A DNA stretch of 64,000 nt from Octopus sinensis (lineage: Eukaryota). The translations under genes were made by a program, and so were the position numbers. The stretch is taken from NCBI RefSeq assembly GCF_006345805.1, contig NC_043002.1:104160001-104224000 (forward strand). The letters run 5' to 3'. Positions 26,521 through 40,000 of this stretch are shown here, piece by piece. How positions within the stretch are numbered: the stretch's first letter is position 1; each line of letters opens with the position of its first letter. The notes under the pieces are model-generated. The model was given only the letters and a program-made list of their open reading frames with translations. It did not search any database and was not told where the DNA came from.

Positions 26521-26593
26521 ATATATCCATGCATACACACATACACACTCACACACGCATACACACACACACATACATACACACACACACACG

Positions 26594-26625
<32 letters not shown>

Positions 26626-26710
26626 GCACATGTGTATATGTGCAAGGAAATATATACATATAAATAAATGAAAGAATGGAGTTGAACGACGATTTAACAA
26701 CATTCCTTTA

Positions 26711-26794
26711 TTCTCGACATATGTTTCGAAGACTGCATTTTCCTAATTTCGAAGGAATAAGGGGTGCATTATACCGCCTTCTCACCAGGAAAGA
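26711..26794 (-). ncRNA. Hammerhead-like motif with one core change
   Basis: uuuc-CUGGUGA-GAAGgc..long stem II..guCUUC-GAAACAUAUGUC-gaga; palindromic ACAUAUGU; A6 replaced by G. Confidence 0.65.
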
Positions 26795-27360
26795 CAAGGA
26801 ACTTATGTCAGCATCATGATGAAGAAAAACTTTTAGATGACTGCCCACACGGTGTCCAGAGCGATAGCATCATCATCACCGTAAGCTTCAAAAATATTTC
26901 TGCAACTCCTTGTGTTGTGGCATTCTCGCTTCTTTGTTATAATGAAGAACATCTCAACACCAACATGACTTTTTTGCTTATCTATTTCCAAAGTCAATAA
27001 AGGGTAACCGGAATGAAAGATAAATCTATATTTAGTGAACAACAAAGAAAAGATGCGCTACCACTTCACGCAACGCTAAAGTTTTAACTGTGTTACGTTT
27101 CAGGTGTGTTCAATGAAGCGTTAAATGACTTAGTTTAAACACGCTCTGAACCTTCCGGACAACCTATTATATATAATGAACCTTGATCTTACGCTTAATT
27201 ATAATCAGAGCAATTTCACGCCAGAATCAATAATTATGCAACTTCTTGCACAGTCCTTATTTCTTATACGCTCACCGGAGAGGTGGCAGCCATTTTGCAC
27301 TTTCAGCCTAAGAGCTGACATATAAATGCGCAGACACGCACACACAGGCACAGACACACA

Positions 27361-27409
<49 letters not shown>

Positions 27410-27671
27410 ATTCATATATCTATACACATATATGAACACTTCCTACTTCTAATAACAAAGTATGAACTCCTATCGGAATCCGCAAGAAACATTTCTACCC
27501 ATTCTGCACAGCAAGTTCCTTGGATAATGGAACTCCAACTGTAACAGCCTACATAGATTTTTACTTTTATTTTTATTCTCTTATTTCCCTAATACTTCCT
27601 ACATCCAAACTTTTCCAAAATAAATCTTTATATCGAATCTGCTATGCCCATCTAGTTAACTCTCTCATATC

Positions 27672-27720
27672 GTCTCTGATGAACGGATATCCCTAATATC
27701 CCATAATCAGCTGTAGGTCT
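27672..27720 (+). ncRNA. Decayed hammerhead-like motif
   Basis: CUGAUGA-ac-GGAUAU cccua AUAUCC, then GAAA lost (cauaau), palindromic CAGCUG followed by UA. Confidence 0.4.
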
Positions 27721-28342
27721 ACCTTTCTCTTTGTAAATGTCCAATAAATCCCACACAAACTTGGTTTTATTGTCACATTTTATTTAACATATGTGTGTGA
27801 ATTTGTGTGTGTGCCTGTACGTGTGTATAAAAGTAGACATACATAAATACATACGTACACACAAGCACATACACTCACACACACACACGCACACACACAT
27901 ATATATATATATTATTTCATTTTATTGTCTCATTGGTTCAGCCAGTGACTGTGTTTCTATTATATCGTTTCTTATGAGGTGGCGCTTTGGATACAGCTGG
28001 TCTTCTTTTTGCCTTCTGCCGCGATGTGGGTTCATCTGATACCTTAGATAAAAATTTCTACAAATATGCTTCGAAGACAACCACATCTACAAATCACACT
28101 TCACTGAGGCTCTTCGGCAAAGCATGTTTTTGTGAAAGCCTCTCAGTCTACTTATCTCCATGTGTGTGTGTGTATGTGTGTGTGTATTCCAAGTTAAGGA
28201 GATGAAAAGGTAAAAATGTACGCTGTGTTTCTTACCGAGTTGAAAGTAACCGTATGGCTACTGCTTGACACTTCTTACGCACGTATCTGCAGACCATATA
28301 TATATATACCATATAATTCATATATTTATATAATAAATATAA

Positions 28343-28419
<77 letters not shown>

Positions 28420-28441
28420 TGCATAGAGGGCGCCAGATCGA

Positions 28442-28555
28442 CACCAACGGTGCAAATAACCTGAAATACGTAAACAATGATAAAAATATGAAAAACTGGA
28501 CAACTAAACACTTTTTTCTCGTTGTTTTGTATTCTATGTATTTGCACCGTTGGTG
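28442..28555. repeat. 17-bp perfect inverted repeat (caccaacggtgcaaata) with 80-bp spacer, between (TA)n tracts
   Basis: Arms 28442-28458 and 28539-28555; a single related copy (tttgcaccgttggtga) at ~41340-41355. Confidence 0.75.
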
Positions 28556-28611
28556 ATGTCTTGTTCTCATATATGCGCATATTGTGTTGTATATACATAT
28601 ATATATATATA

Positions 28612-28657
<46 letters not shown>

Positions 28658-28679
28658 TCTATATATATATATATATATA

Positions 28680-29330
28680 GGTAAACAGTAAAAATAATTT
28701 ACAGACATGGACAAGAACATGAAACACACAGAGACGACACAAGAACCACAGGACGGGACATTCGAAGCCCTCAGTCATCAGTCAAGAACCCAGATCATCT
28801 TAGCAATTTCGGCTGATTAATCTTTGATTGCTCCGATATGGGCAGCCCGCCAAGGGAAATCTACGCCAAGCGCATTAGATCCCCTGGAAGAAAGCTTCGA
28901 TTGTATACAACACGAGGACGAAAACGAACGAAGTACACGAACAAAAATACAGAATACGTGACACAATAAGAATACAAAAACGTAAAAACAATACGGTAAC
29001 GGTAAAAATAAAAACAAAACAAAACCAGGACGTAAGACAAGGTAGTCTTTCGACAGGACGAGTTGAGTTTGGGGCTGGCTTATGAAGTTGGCCTAATGGC
29101 CGCAGGGAGACGAACAAAAGTGTTGACTTCGGCGACTGCTGGACGAAGCTGCTTGAACGAAAAACAGCGCTCAACAGTGGCTCGGTCACGTGAGAACAAA
29201 AGACAGGAGAAAGGGACAGATGAAAAGAGAGAGAAGGTGGACGATGGAGGAGGAAAGAAAGAGACAGATCGAGGGGGCTGGAGGTGAGAGTGATAAAGAA
29301 ACGTAGAAGTGGGGGAAGACGGATGGAGAT
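28680..29330 (-). mobile_element. (TA)n-embedded non-coding element, tail resembles the 52615-52985 element
   Basis: GC-richer island between TA tracts; acatgaaacacacagagacgacacaagaaccacaggacg resembles acatgaagacacaacgagaaaacaactcgaggacg. Confidence 0.4.
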
Positions 29331-29479
29331 ATATATATCTTTATATATAATATATATTATATCTTATATATATATAATATATATATAGATATATATGTAT
29401 ATATATACATACATATATATATGTATATGTATTTATTTATACAGATATATATATGTATATATTATATATATACAAATTG

Positions 29480-29515
<36 letters not shown>

Positions 29516-29809
29516 ATGTATATATATGATTGCTTGTGAGCCAGTGAGTGTAGGGCGAGTCCTTTGGGCAGTGTGCTGATTTGTCTATTCAATATTTGTA
29601 CCGAGTCAACATAAAATCTAGTATAATCATATAAGTCTCGATCTTCACTCCCTCTTTCTCCCTTAAGCTTTATTCATTATCACTCAAACACACAACGACT
29701 CTTCACAAACACGTTGGCACCTTTATGTATATTTATCTATAAGTTTGTCCGACTATATTTTATGCATCTACCTCCATAACAAATTTATGTAAATTATACG
29801 ACATGACGT

Positions 29810-29850
<41 letters not shown>

Positions 29851-30490
29851 TGTGTGTGTGTGTGTTTATATATATATAAATATGTAATTGCACAGCTTTT
29901 TGTATTCAATTGTTTTAGTTCTCTAGAATATTTGCCAGAAAGTTCTCGCTATACAGGCGCGAGGAGAAATGTTGAAAATTTATAAAATTCAGAACAAAGT
30001 GTTGGCAGTATTCATGAGGTATTTCGTATTTGAAATGTTTTCTCAATAAACAGATTAAACTAGATTTTATGGTTGACATTTTTTTCCGGATGACATTGAG
30101 GAGATTTCCTCCATAAATATAATGAAAGTCAATTTCATCTTGCGAATTAATGATATAAGAAAACCGTGTGAAGAATAAATTATGATATACGTGTGTGTAA
30201 CTATGAATATATACATACGCATGTGTATGTACGTTTACTTATAGACTTATACATGAATGCTGTATAGACATATACATTCATATATGCAGGAATATATATA
30301 TTAACAGAGACAAATACGTGTTTATACGTGCGGTTTCATGGATGAGTGTAAAGAAGGAAAGAAGAACGAGGGAAGTTTTTAGCTGTTCTTTTAGTATTTT
30401 ATATATTTCTATATAAGTGTGTGTGTGTATATATGTATATATAATATATAGATATATAATATAACGCATACACACACACATACACACCAC

Positions 30491-30540
<50 letters not shown>

Positions 30541-30682
30541 GGTTTAGTATTGCCCTACTCCCAATAAAGTATATTTATTACGTTATGGAAATATTATTTT
30601 CGATTGTAAATATATTTATTTTTACCTTTTTGGTGATATTGCATATTACGTCATAGACCTCGGATTTATGCATACATACAGA

Positions 30683-30721
<39 letters not shown>

Positions 30722-31497
30722 CTTACAGACTGATAGAAACGCCGGCACATACACATCTAACATTTTTCGTGTATATGATTATACTGTCGAATGATATGCA
30801 AGTACATGGCTCGTTGTGAACTGAAAATATTTCTAATTCTTTGCGCAAACAAATTTCCTACGTCTATTCTAATCTACTCCTTATATAAACAATAATCTTA
30901 AAATGTTTCGTAGTATTACGCTAACATTTTTAATATTGATATAGCAACGTTTGGAATTCTCCTTCACGTGTTTGTAGCTATAATGTTTTAGATCCCTGCG
31001 CGTATAATGTTTGAGTTTCATGCAGAACGATCGAGCACTTTAGTTTGTTTTGTAACTAGATTATATGTTTGCACCACAGGAGGTAATCGTCTAGCAGAGT
31101 ATGCGAATGCATAATGTATGAACATATTCTTTGAGGCTGTGTACAGTTTTTTTTTTTTAAGTTATTAAGAAAAAGAATGTAGATTGAACCTTTAGATAAA
31201 GGCAGGTTATTTAACGCTTTTATTAAGGGATTCATGATGAAACTTGGAAAGGGAGGAAGGCTTTAAATGAATAGTTATTATCCATATTTTCACCATTTTA
31301 TTTTTCGTAACGAATATTAGTTTGAAAGGTGCATTTTTCGATTCTCTGGAATGGGTTTTTACCAGACTTTTAAGTAGTTTACACAGCTATCCAACGTTCG
31401 AGAATTTCTCTATTGTTTCTCGAATACCGACACAGCATCGCTTATAAGTTTGTTTAAAGAAATATTCTCACATTGCAAAAGCTACTAATTAACATTA

Positions 31498-31524
31498 CAG
31501 TAATGCCTCGCCATATCGCAGTTC
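31498..31524 (+). mobile_element. Solitary pogo/Tigger-like TIR
   Basis: TA followed by cagtaatgcctcgccatatcgcagttc; other end not seen. Confidence 0.35.
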
Positions 31525-31834
31525 CTGGTCGATTTCTTTTTTCTGTCTTCTGCAGGGGTGTATTTACTCGATTACCTAAGCTCTCATAACAGCCATACTG
31601 TGCTCGAGAATCAATTCATTTTCTGTAGATTATATATGCATGTACATATCTGCATTTAGATAAATATTTCGTAGTAGCCAGTGAATGCCTCTTATCATCG
31701 TTTGACCGGCTTTTAAAATGCTTCCCTATGGCACTTTCCATGCATCGAAGTATGTGAGATTAAATAGAAAAACATATCGCCCGTATTTTCCAGCAACTGC
31801 ATATATATATATAGACAATAAAATAATATCTGCA

Positions 31835-32052
31835 GGCGTAGGAGTAGATGTGAGGTAAGTATCTTGCTTACCAACCACATGGTTCCGGGTTAAATCCCAC
31901 TACGTGGCACCTTAGCCAAGTGTTTTCTACTATAGCCTCGGGCCGACCAAAGCCTTGTGAGTGGATTTGGTAGACGGAAAGTGAAAGAAGCCCCGTCGTA
32001 AATATGTATGTTATATATTATAATATATATATATATATATATATTATAGTGT

Positions 32053-32090
<38 letters not shown>

Positions 32091-32308
32091 CGTATGTATG
32101 TGTGTGTGTGTTTGTGTGTGCATGTTTCTGTGTTTGTGTTTGTACCCCCAACATCACTTGACAATCGATGCTGTTGTGTCTACGTCCCCGTAACTTAGCG
32201 GTTCGGCAAAAGAGACTGATAGAATAAGTACTAGACTTACAAAGAATAAGTCTTGGGGTTGATTTGCTCGACTAAAGGCGGTGCTGCAGCATGGCCACAG
32301 TCAAATTG
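31835..32308 (+). mobile_element. Full-length SINE family A fused directly to the LINE
   Basis: tRNA-like head, ccttagccaagtg core, internal (TA)/(TG) tract, 3' tail ggcggtgctgcagcatggccacagtcaaa. Confidence 0.9.
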
Positions 32309-34291
32309 AAAGCAGTGAAAAGTCCCGCCTGAAAATAAAACTGTTGGAAATTGAAAAATGTCTGCAACTCTCCCATGAAAAAGAAAGAGCAGACAAAGAA
32401 GCCTGGGCTATAGGCAACATAAAATCTAACCCCAGAACTTGCTACAGGTATGCCAAAGAAACAGCTACGGTGCACTGTAGGATAGGGCCACTCCTTGAAA
32501 AGGATGGCACACTCACAGGAAATCCAATGAGGGTAAGTGAAATACTAAATGAGCAATTCAAGAGTATTTTCACTCCACCCCTAGGGCATTTTCAAGTCAG
32601 CAATTCAACTGACTTCTTTACCACTGCAGAGATAAAATCAAAGGCAGCGATGATTGATTACATCAATATAAAGGAAGACGGTGTAATAAAGGCTATAGAT
32701 CAAATGAAAACAAACTCAGCTACTGGCACCGATGGATTCCCAGCAATCCTTCTAAAAGTATGTAAGAGAGTCCTAGCAAGACCACTGCAGTTCCTCTTTC
32801 AGAGCTTCCTTGCAACTGGCAAACTTCCAAGAAAACTGAAGGAAGGTAAAATATGCCCTATTCATGAAGCAGGTAGCAGAGCGGAGGCCAAGAACTACAG
32901 ACCTATCTCTCTGACCTCACACATCAGCAAGGTCATGGAACGAATAGTGAAGGAAACTAATCACCTTCCTTGAAGAAAATGACTTGCTGCCTGACACCCA
33001 ACATGGGTGCTGAAACGACTGCTCAACCACTCAAATGTGGAAGTGATATATCTCGACTTTGCAAAGGCCTTTGATAAAGTCGATCATGGAATGATATTTC
33101 ACAAACTGCGTGATCTTGGCATAGTTGGAAAATTGGGAGAATGGCTTCATGACTTTCTAAAGGATAGAAGTCAGGTGGTAGTAGCCAATGGGGCCACTTC
33201 CATTACACGCAATAGTGAGCGGTGTTCCGCAGGGCACTGTTTTGGGACCACTACTGTTCATAATGGCCCTCTCATACATGCCTCAGCACGCAGAGAGCCA
33301 CGATCACAAGTTATGCCGATGATACAAAAGTTTCACAGGCAATACAAAACCTGAAAGACACAAGCACCTGCAATGTGAGCTGGACAAAATATACAGGTGG
33401 GCTGAAAAGAATAGTATGCAGTTCAATGCTGAAAAGTTTCAAGCTTTAAGCTATCAGCATGCAAAACTAAATGCAATACCCAATGAATACACTGGACCTG
33501 GAAAGATAGCAATCCCAGAGGCACAATCAGTGCGAGACCTGGGTATTTACATGAGTGATGACGCAAACTTTCATGTGCATGTTGCTAAATTGGCAATGAA
33601 ATGTAGGCGGCTAACCGGATGGGTTCTTAGAACCTTTAGAACAAGAGACCAGGAAACCATGATGGTCCTCTGGAGAACACTTGTCCTAAGCCACTTTGAC
33701 TATTGCTCTCGGCTATTGTCACCATCCAGTGTCAAGTTAATCACAGAACTTGAGGCGATCCAACGAAGCTACACGAAGAAGATAGCCTCTGTGCAGCATA
33801 TAAGCTACTGGGAAAGACTCAATAGATTAAGACTCTATTCCTTAGAGCGTAGGCGAGAAAGATATGCCATAATATACATCTGGAAGATCCTAGAAGGACT
33901 TGTCCCAAACTTTGGCATCGAGAGTTACACAAATGCCAGAACTGGGCGCCACTGCATAGTGCCAAGGACTCCAAATTTTCCATCAAGATGTAGGACGAGA
34001 TACTGTGATAGCCTGGGCTTCCGAGGCACACAGCTCTTCAATATCCTCCCGAAGAACCTAAGAGGCCTGCATTGGGTGGATGCAGATGCCTTTAAAATGA
34101 AACTGGATCTCTCCTTGTCAGGTGTCCCAGAAGAACCAACTTCACGGAAGGAGGTGCAGATGAGGGCAGCTGCATCCAACTCTCTCATGCACCAAATGGC
34201 AGTTGCTGAAAAGCATTCGTGAAGTAAAATCATGTAGCAACACCAAATGGCGGTGCCCCAGCATGGCCACTGCTTGAGAACTGAAACTAGA

Positions 34292-34322
<31 letters not shown>

Positions 34323-34330
34323 AAAAAATT
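32309..34330 (+). mobile_element. 5'-truncated CR1-like LINE, reverse transcriptase with frameshifts, (TAAA)n tail
   Basis: NYRPISLTSHISKVMERIV; YLDFAKAFDKVDH; GVPQG at 33221-33235; YADD at 33312-33323; LRLYSLERRRERY. Confidence 0.95.
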
Positions 34331-34942
34331 ACATTTTCAATTCATATAACTAAATAAATGTGTGATGCAACAGTAGATATTATTTTTCCAAGACCATTCA
34401 TTGGTATATTAATCATAGTTGTTGGTTAGTGAGCAGAGATATTAAGTTATTAGAGAAAAGGAGAAAAATCTGGAAACAAAAGTCAACATAAAACATATAT
34501 ATGTTCAATATTGGGTTGAAAATAATCGAATATTAAAATGGGATGCAAAGACACGTTATTTAATTTTCCTAAATTTTAAGATTTTCTCGACATTTAACAT
34601 TAATAAAATCCTAAAATGTGGAATTTAGGATAATTCGACAGACATTCAAAAAACAAATTTTCAGTCCCTCTTCTGCCGTTCTTTCCCTCCCTCAAATCCC
34701 CCACTCTCTCTCTCTCTCTATCTCCACATTCACACACACATACACATACATACTCACACACGCACAAACACACACACATATAAACACGCACATATATATA
34801 TATATTCATTGTGAATACATTAGGAATATGCCTGAGCATATTTCTAAATAAATATATGCGAGGTACAAATATATAAAAACCAGAGGCTCACACCATATTG
34901 TATTGGTCTGCATGCATGCATGTATATATATATATATATATT

Positions 34943-34989
<47 letters not shown>

Positions 34990-35808
34990 TACATGCATAC
35001 ATACATATTTACATATATATATATATTAGATAGATAGATAGATATAGATATATGTATACATGTATATATTCATCTATATAATATGTATGTATATATATAT
35101 ATATTATATATATATATATATATATCTATATATATATACATAAAAGGCAGTAAAGAAGTGTATGTAAATATAGCTAAAGATGTAAACGATAATCATTTCA
35201 AATGCAATTTTCAGCAAAATATACAAAATTAAATTCTATGCTAAATTTCCAAATCTATCTTAATAATTTCCTGATAATTTCCAGTTGTCTTTTATGGAAC
35301 ATTCCTCATGTATCTTTACATTTTTTTCTAATATTCTCAATTGTATTCAAACTAATATTTGTTTTCCTCTGTCTTTGCAGCCTCTCCAGATTCTTAATCT
35401 GAAAATCGTAAACCAATGTGTAAATTCTGAAGAATATCAAAGTTCTTTAGAAATGTCATTTCCTGCGATTAAACCACGTATTTACCTGCATTCCTCCTCT
35501 ATTCTATAGAATTAAGAGTTCCATTTATTTAGCACTTTTGTCTTTAAATGGTCTCCTCGTTTTGTTGCTCTCTATTTATTTTTATTAAAATGTATTTTGT
35601 GATTTTCATTAATTTTAGCTATTTGCTTTCAAATTCTGTCTTTCCTCATCTTTCTTGTAATTCACAATCTTTGACATGTTTTTTTTATTATTATTTTTCC
35701 CTTTGTTTGCATATATTTATATATGTGTGTGCACGTGCGTGAGCTTGCGAACGCGTGAGCGTGTATGTGTGTGGGCATGTAGATATGTATTCGCGCATAT
35801 ATGCATAA

Positions 35809-35843
<35 letters not shown>

Positions 35844-35881
35844 ATGCGCATATAATACATACCTACCTACATGCATATATG

Positions 35882-35923
<42 letters not shown>

Positions 35924-36293
35924 ACATCTTTAAATCTTCTCGTCCTTGAATATTTTTCCGTTTTTGTAGATAAATTATTTGCAACTATTCTGAAAATTTT
36001 AATTTCCTTTCGTCGATTTAAATATCTCTATCGATCGCTGTATTCAGTTGATATACTTGCAAAATCTTCATCTATTCTCGCACATTTCTAACACGAATTG
36101 TAAACACGCACACACACACGCTCGCACACACACACACACATTCACAGACGGGCACATACACACACACATGCACTCACACCTAGACACACACATACATGCA
36201 CGTTCATATATATATGTGTGTGTGTGTGTGCGTGTGCGTACTTAATTACTTCTGTGAGTTTTTACATATGCGTGTACATATGTATATATATCA

Positions 36294-36324
<31 letters not shown>

Positions 36325-36594
36325 CATATATGATATATACATCTATAAATATATATATACACATATACACACACATATAGACATATATACTCAAGCACGA
36401 TCAAACATTCTCACACAAACACGCACACACACACATATATATATATATATCACACACACACAGAAACACACATATACTAACATATATATATACATATATA
36501 TATATATATGTGCGTTTGTGTATGTTTGTATATATATATATGTATATATATGTATGTATATATAATATATATATATATATATATAATTATTATA

Positions 36595-36630
<36 letters not shown>

Positions 36631-36916
36631 ATAAATACCTGTTTCTGGTTGTCTGAATGTAGATAATTATATTTAGTAAGTCTGGTGTTGAATATCCGTT
36701 ATATTCTTCGTATTGTCTAAATTTACCATTCAAGTCCATTGGTGGTATTTAACATGTCCATTAATCTTCCGAAATTTCAAGAAAGTTCTTCCTCCCAAGA
36801 ACACTTCTATATTTAGATATATCCATTTTGGAAGGCCTTTTAGATAATTCAATCTCGGATGACACCAATTCAATCGATGTGATGTACACCAACATGCAGT
36901 ACTATTAATGTGTGTA

Positions 36917-36968
<52 letters not shown>

Positions 36969-37177
36969 CATAATATATATATATATATATATATATGGAG
37001 AGAATGCTATGTTGTTATGAATAAATAAAGATACTATTTCACAAATAGCAAGCACTTATATTTAGATGAAAGTTATTTCATATTTGATTTATACATGAAT
37101 ATGGAACTCCCATTTTATTTTCAATGTGTACATTATATTATATATACATATACGTATATATATATATATAAATAATA

Positions 37178-37407
37178 AATATTAGGGAATAAATCCAAAT
37201 TTACAGGGAAAAATCAGATTTAGGATTAAATCCAATTTTATAGTAAATATTATAAAATATTATTAGAGACAAAAACCACTATTTTGCAAAACAAACAAGG
37301 AAAGACTTAATCAATACATAAAATTTTAATAAATAGTAAAAAACCGCCACTACAATTGTTTCTTGTCTTGATCGACAATCTTCAGGGGACTTCCAATAAG
37401 TTAGTTT

Positions 37408-37410
<3 letters not shown>
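37178..37410 (-). mobile_element. (TA)n-embedded PLE-terminus-like unit
   Basis: Contains an HHR; 3' part homologous to 1670-1826. Confidence 0.75.
37346..37390 (-). ncRNA. Minimal type I hammerhead ribozyme, intact core
   Basis: guccc-CUGAAGA-UUGUC gaucaa GACAA-GAAACAAUUGUA-guggc; palindromic ACAAUUGU; one mismatch in stem I. Confidence 0.75.
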
Positions 37411-37481
<71 letters not shown>

Positions 37482-37523
37482 GATAGATAGATAGATAGAT
37501 AGATAGGATAGATAGATAGATAA

Positions 37524-37608
<85 letters not shown>

Positions 37609-38337
37609 CAGATGACTATAGAGATAGATAGATACATTCATACATATATATATGCAGAATCGCTTACATAAATAGATCCATGCATACATATGCACAGATA
37701 ATGAGGAGCGGACCAGAAAAATAAAGTGGCACTCTACTGGTAGTATATATATATATTATTTATTTATTAACATTTGGAATCGTTTAGATGGAGTCGTATT
37801 AAACTTTGGTCAAACGTTCCAGATGAGCCCCCCCCCCCTCAGAAGGAAACACATATGAGGACAGTAGCATCAAACTCCCTCATTCACCAGATACCACATA
37901 TCACAAGAGGGTTCAAATAATGGTATCGCACAGCAAACGGGGCTGCCCCAGTATGACCGCAGATTTAAAGCTACAGCAATTAGAATGATAATCTTGGCAA
38001 TATGAATCTTAAACCCTACAAAATGGTTAGAGCACTACGCTGTTGTTCCCCCGAAATGAACGTGCGCAAATCTAAGTATTTGCACACATACATACGTAGG
38101 CACGTATATCTATATACCTCTATGTGCAAATTAATATATACATACTCTTATATACATATATATTCATACGTACTGAAAGTCAATGAGAATTATTTAAAAC
38201 AGTATTGAATTGTAAAGGTGATTTTGAAATATTTTTTTCTTTAAATATTATGAAATGTTTTATCAGGAAGTTACTAACCTCTTTTGGGAAGAGTTTTTTT
38301 CTACTATGTGAGCGCTTTCTTTTAGCCTTTTCAAACT

Positions 38338-38429
38338 CACGTGCTCTTAAAGAGGAATGTATTATATATCTATATATGTTTGTGTGTGTGTGTGTGTGTG
38401 TGTAGTAATTTTCTCTTTAAGAGCACGTG
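38338..38429. repeat. 17-bp perfect inverted repeat around a (TA)/(TG) tract
   Basis: cacgtgctcttaaagag (38338-38354) / ctctttaagagcacgtg (38413-38429). Confidence 0.8.
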
Positions 38430-38469
38430 TATTTGAGACGCCAGCTTAATTAAATTAATTAATTTAATC

Positions 38470-38990
38470 GACAGCATACATGCGGATGGTGGAATTGACA
38501 GCCAGAAGTGTCGCCTTGTGATTGATTTGACCTCCGAGCAGACTATTGTTAGATCTGATAACTTATAGCATCGATACCTACCAGAGTCACGGCGGCAGTC
38601 GTGGGGTGATACCGAGCAATGTACTGAACCGAGAAGACCAGTTCGTATCCTAATTGGAGTTGCAGGACAAAAGATCGTACTCCCAGTATACGTGGTGGTG
38701 ATGGAGCAACCCTTGTCTCTTAGGTTTGGAGTATTTTGTGTATAGGTTGTCAATTGGACTTCTGCTCTATGACGATTTGGGTAGAAGCAAGATTAGATTA
38801 TGTCACAGCAGTAAAGCGGACTATTGCTGTTGGTGAATTCAAAGCGTTACCGACGATCTTAATGCAACCAAAATCGGAACTACCATTCCAATGTAGTGTG
38901 AAACATCATATTGACACAAGAAATCCTCTCCCATTCGAACAACCGTCTCGGAGGAGAGCGCCAGCGAAGCGTAAAGAAATGACGTCCTGA
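38470..38990 (+). mobile_element. Ty3/Gypsy pol remnant (aspartic protease to start of RT)
   Basis: CRLVIDLTSEQTIVRSD (decayed D-T/S-G site), LPVYVVVMEQP / CLLGLEY, VKHHIDTRNPLPFEQPSRRRAPAKRKEM; stops and frameshifts. Confidence 0.8.
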
Positions 38991-39943
38991 TGTAACGTTC
39001 TGAAAGACAAGTCAATACGGAGAGGTGTCTGCGAGATAAATGAAATATTGCGTCAAACTTTGTTGGGAAGATCAAATCTTTCGACGGAGTCACAGAAAAG
39101 CATACATAGCGGTTGCAGGAACGTGATAGGAAAACAACTGGAACCAGAAAATAGATCGTTTTAATGAGATAAAATGAAAAATTAAATGAGCAAGTGTTCG
39201 ATTGTCAGAACGTAAGTTTCAGTTGATCCGGGAAATTAAAGAACTAAAAGCGAATATATATTGCAAAAAAAGACAAAAATAAAACAGAAAAAAACAAGAT
39301 ATTAATTAACGAAAGGCGAATGTATTTAAAAAAAACAACGAAGTCACCCGGAAAACTAACGAACTAAAGGCGAGTATATCATACAAAAAAAATGAACTGG
39401 GTGATATACAGCGCGACATGCATAAATGGATTACTGTAAAAAAGACGCACATTTAAAAACCACTCTCTGGTTTTGATAGTAAAGATGTTATATTGCTGTT
39501 TAAAGCGTAAGCGGTATGATTTTAGTGCGCTTATTACTGTGTGCGTGAACTATAAATGCTACTATTGAACAAGTGCTGAGTTTAGCTATCCAGTTTTAAG
39601 TAGCCAAAGTTTGCTAAGTAAAGCCGAAGATTGACTTTAACGCAAAATATCCCAGTTATAAAGTAGACTTTATTTATGTTCAAACGAAGAACCTTCACCA
39701 GATGTATCTTCTCTTATCGACCGCTTGAAATTATATTAAAGAGAACAAAAGTTAAATAACTTTCAATAATTGCCAGTTGTAAATATATAACTTCCAGTTA
39801 CAAAGATACTTAAAACAACTTGTCAATACAAAGCAAAGAGAAACCCAGTCGAGAAGTGTTTTGTCTCATTGTCGACCTTCTCTTCTAAATCATTTGATTC
39901 TTCAATGCTCATAGTTAGTTATTTCATATATATATATATATAT

Positions 39944-40000
<57 letters not shown>

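Noticed and set aside
28795-28860. Hammerhead on minus strand (ggctg...cagcc GAAA)
   Set aside because: No CUGANGA core upstream of the stem
36640-36860. PLE reverse transcriptase remnant (TDI...NYLHS) on minus strand
   Set aside because: Only two short motifs in different frames; not supportable by eye
38991-39240. Gypsy LTR starting TGTAACG
   Set aside because: No second LTR, polypurine tract or CA end could be identified
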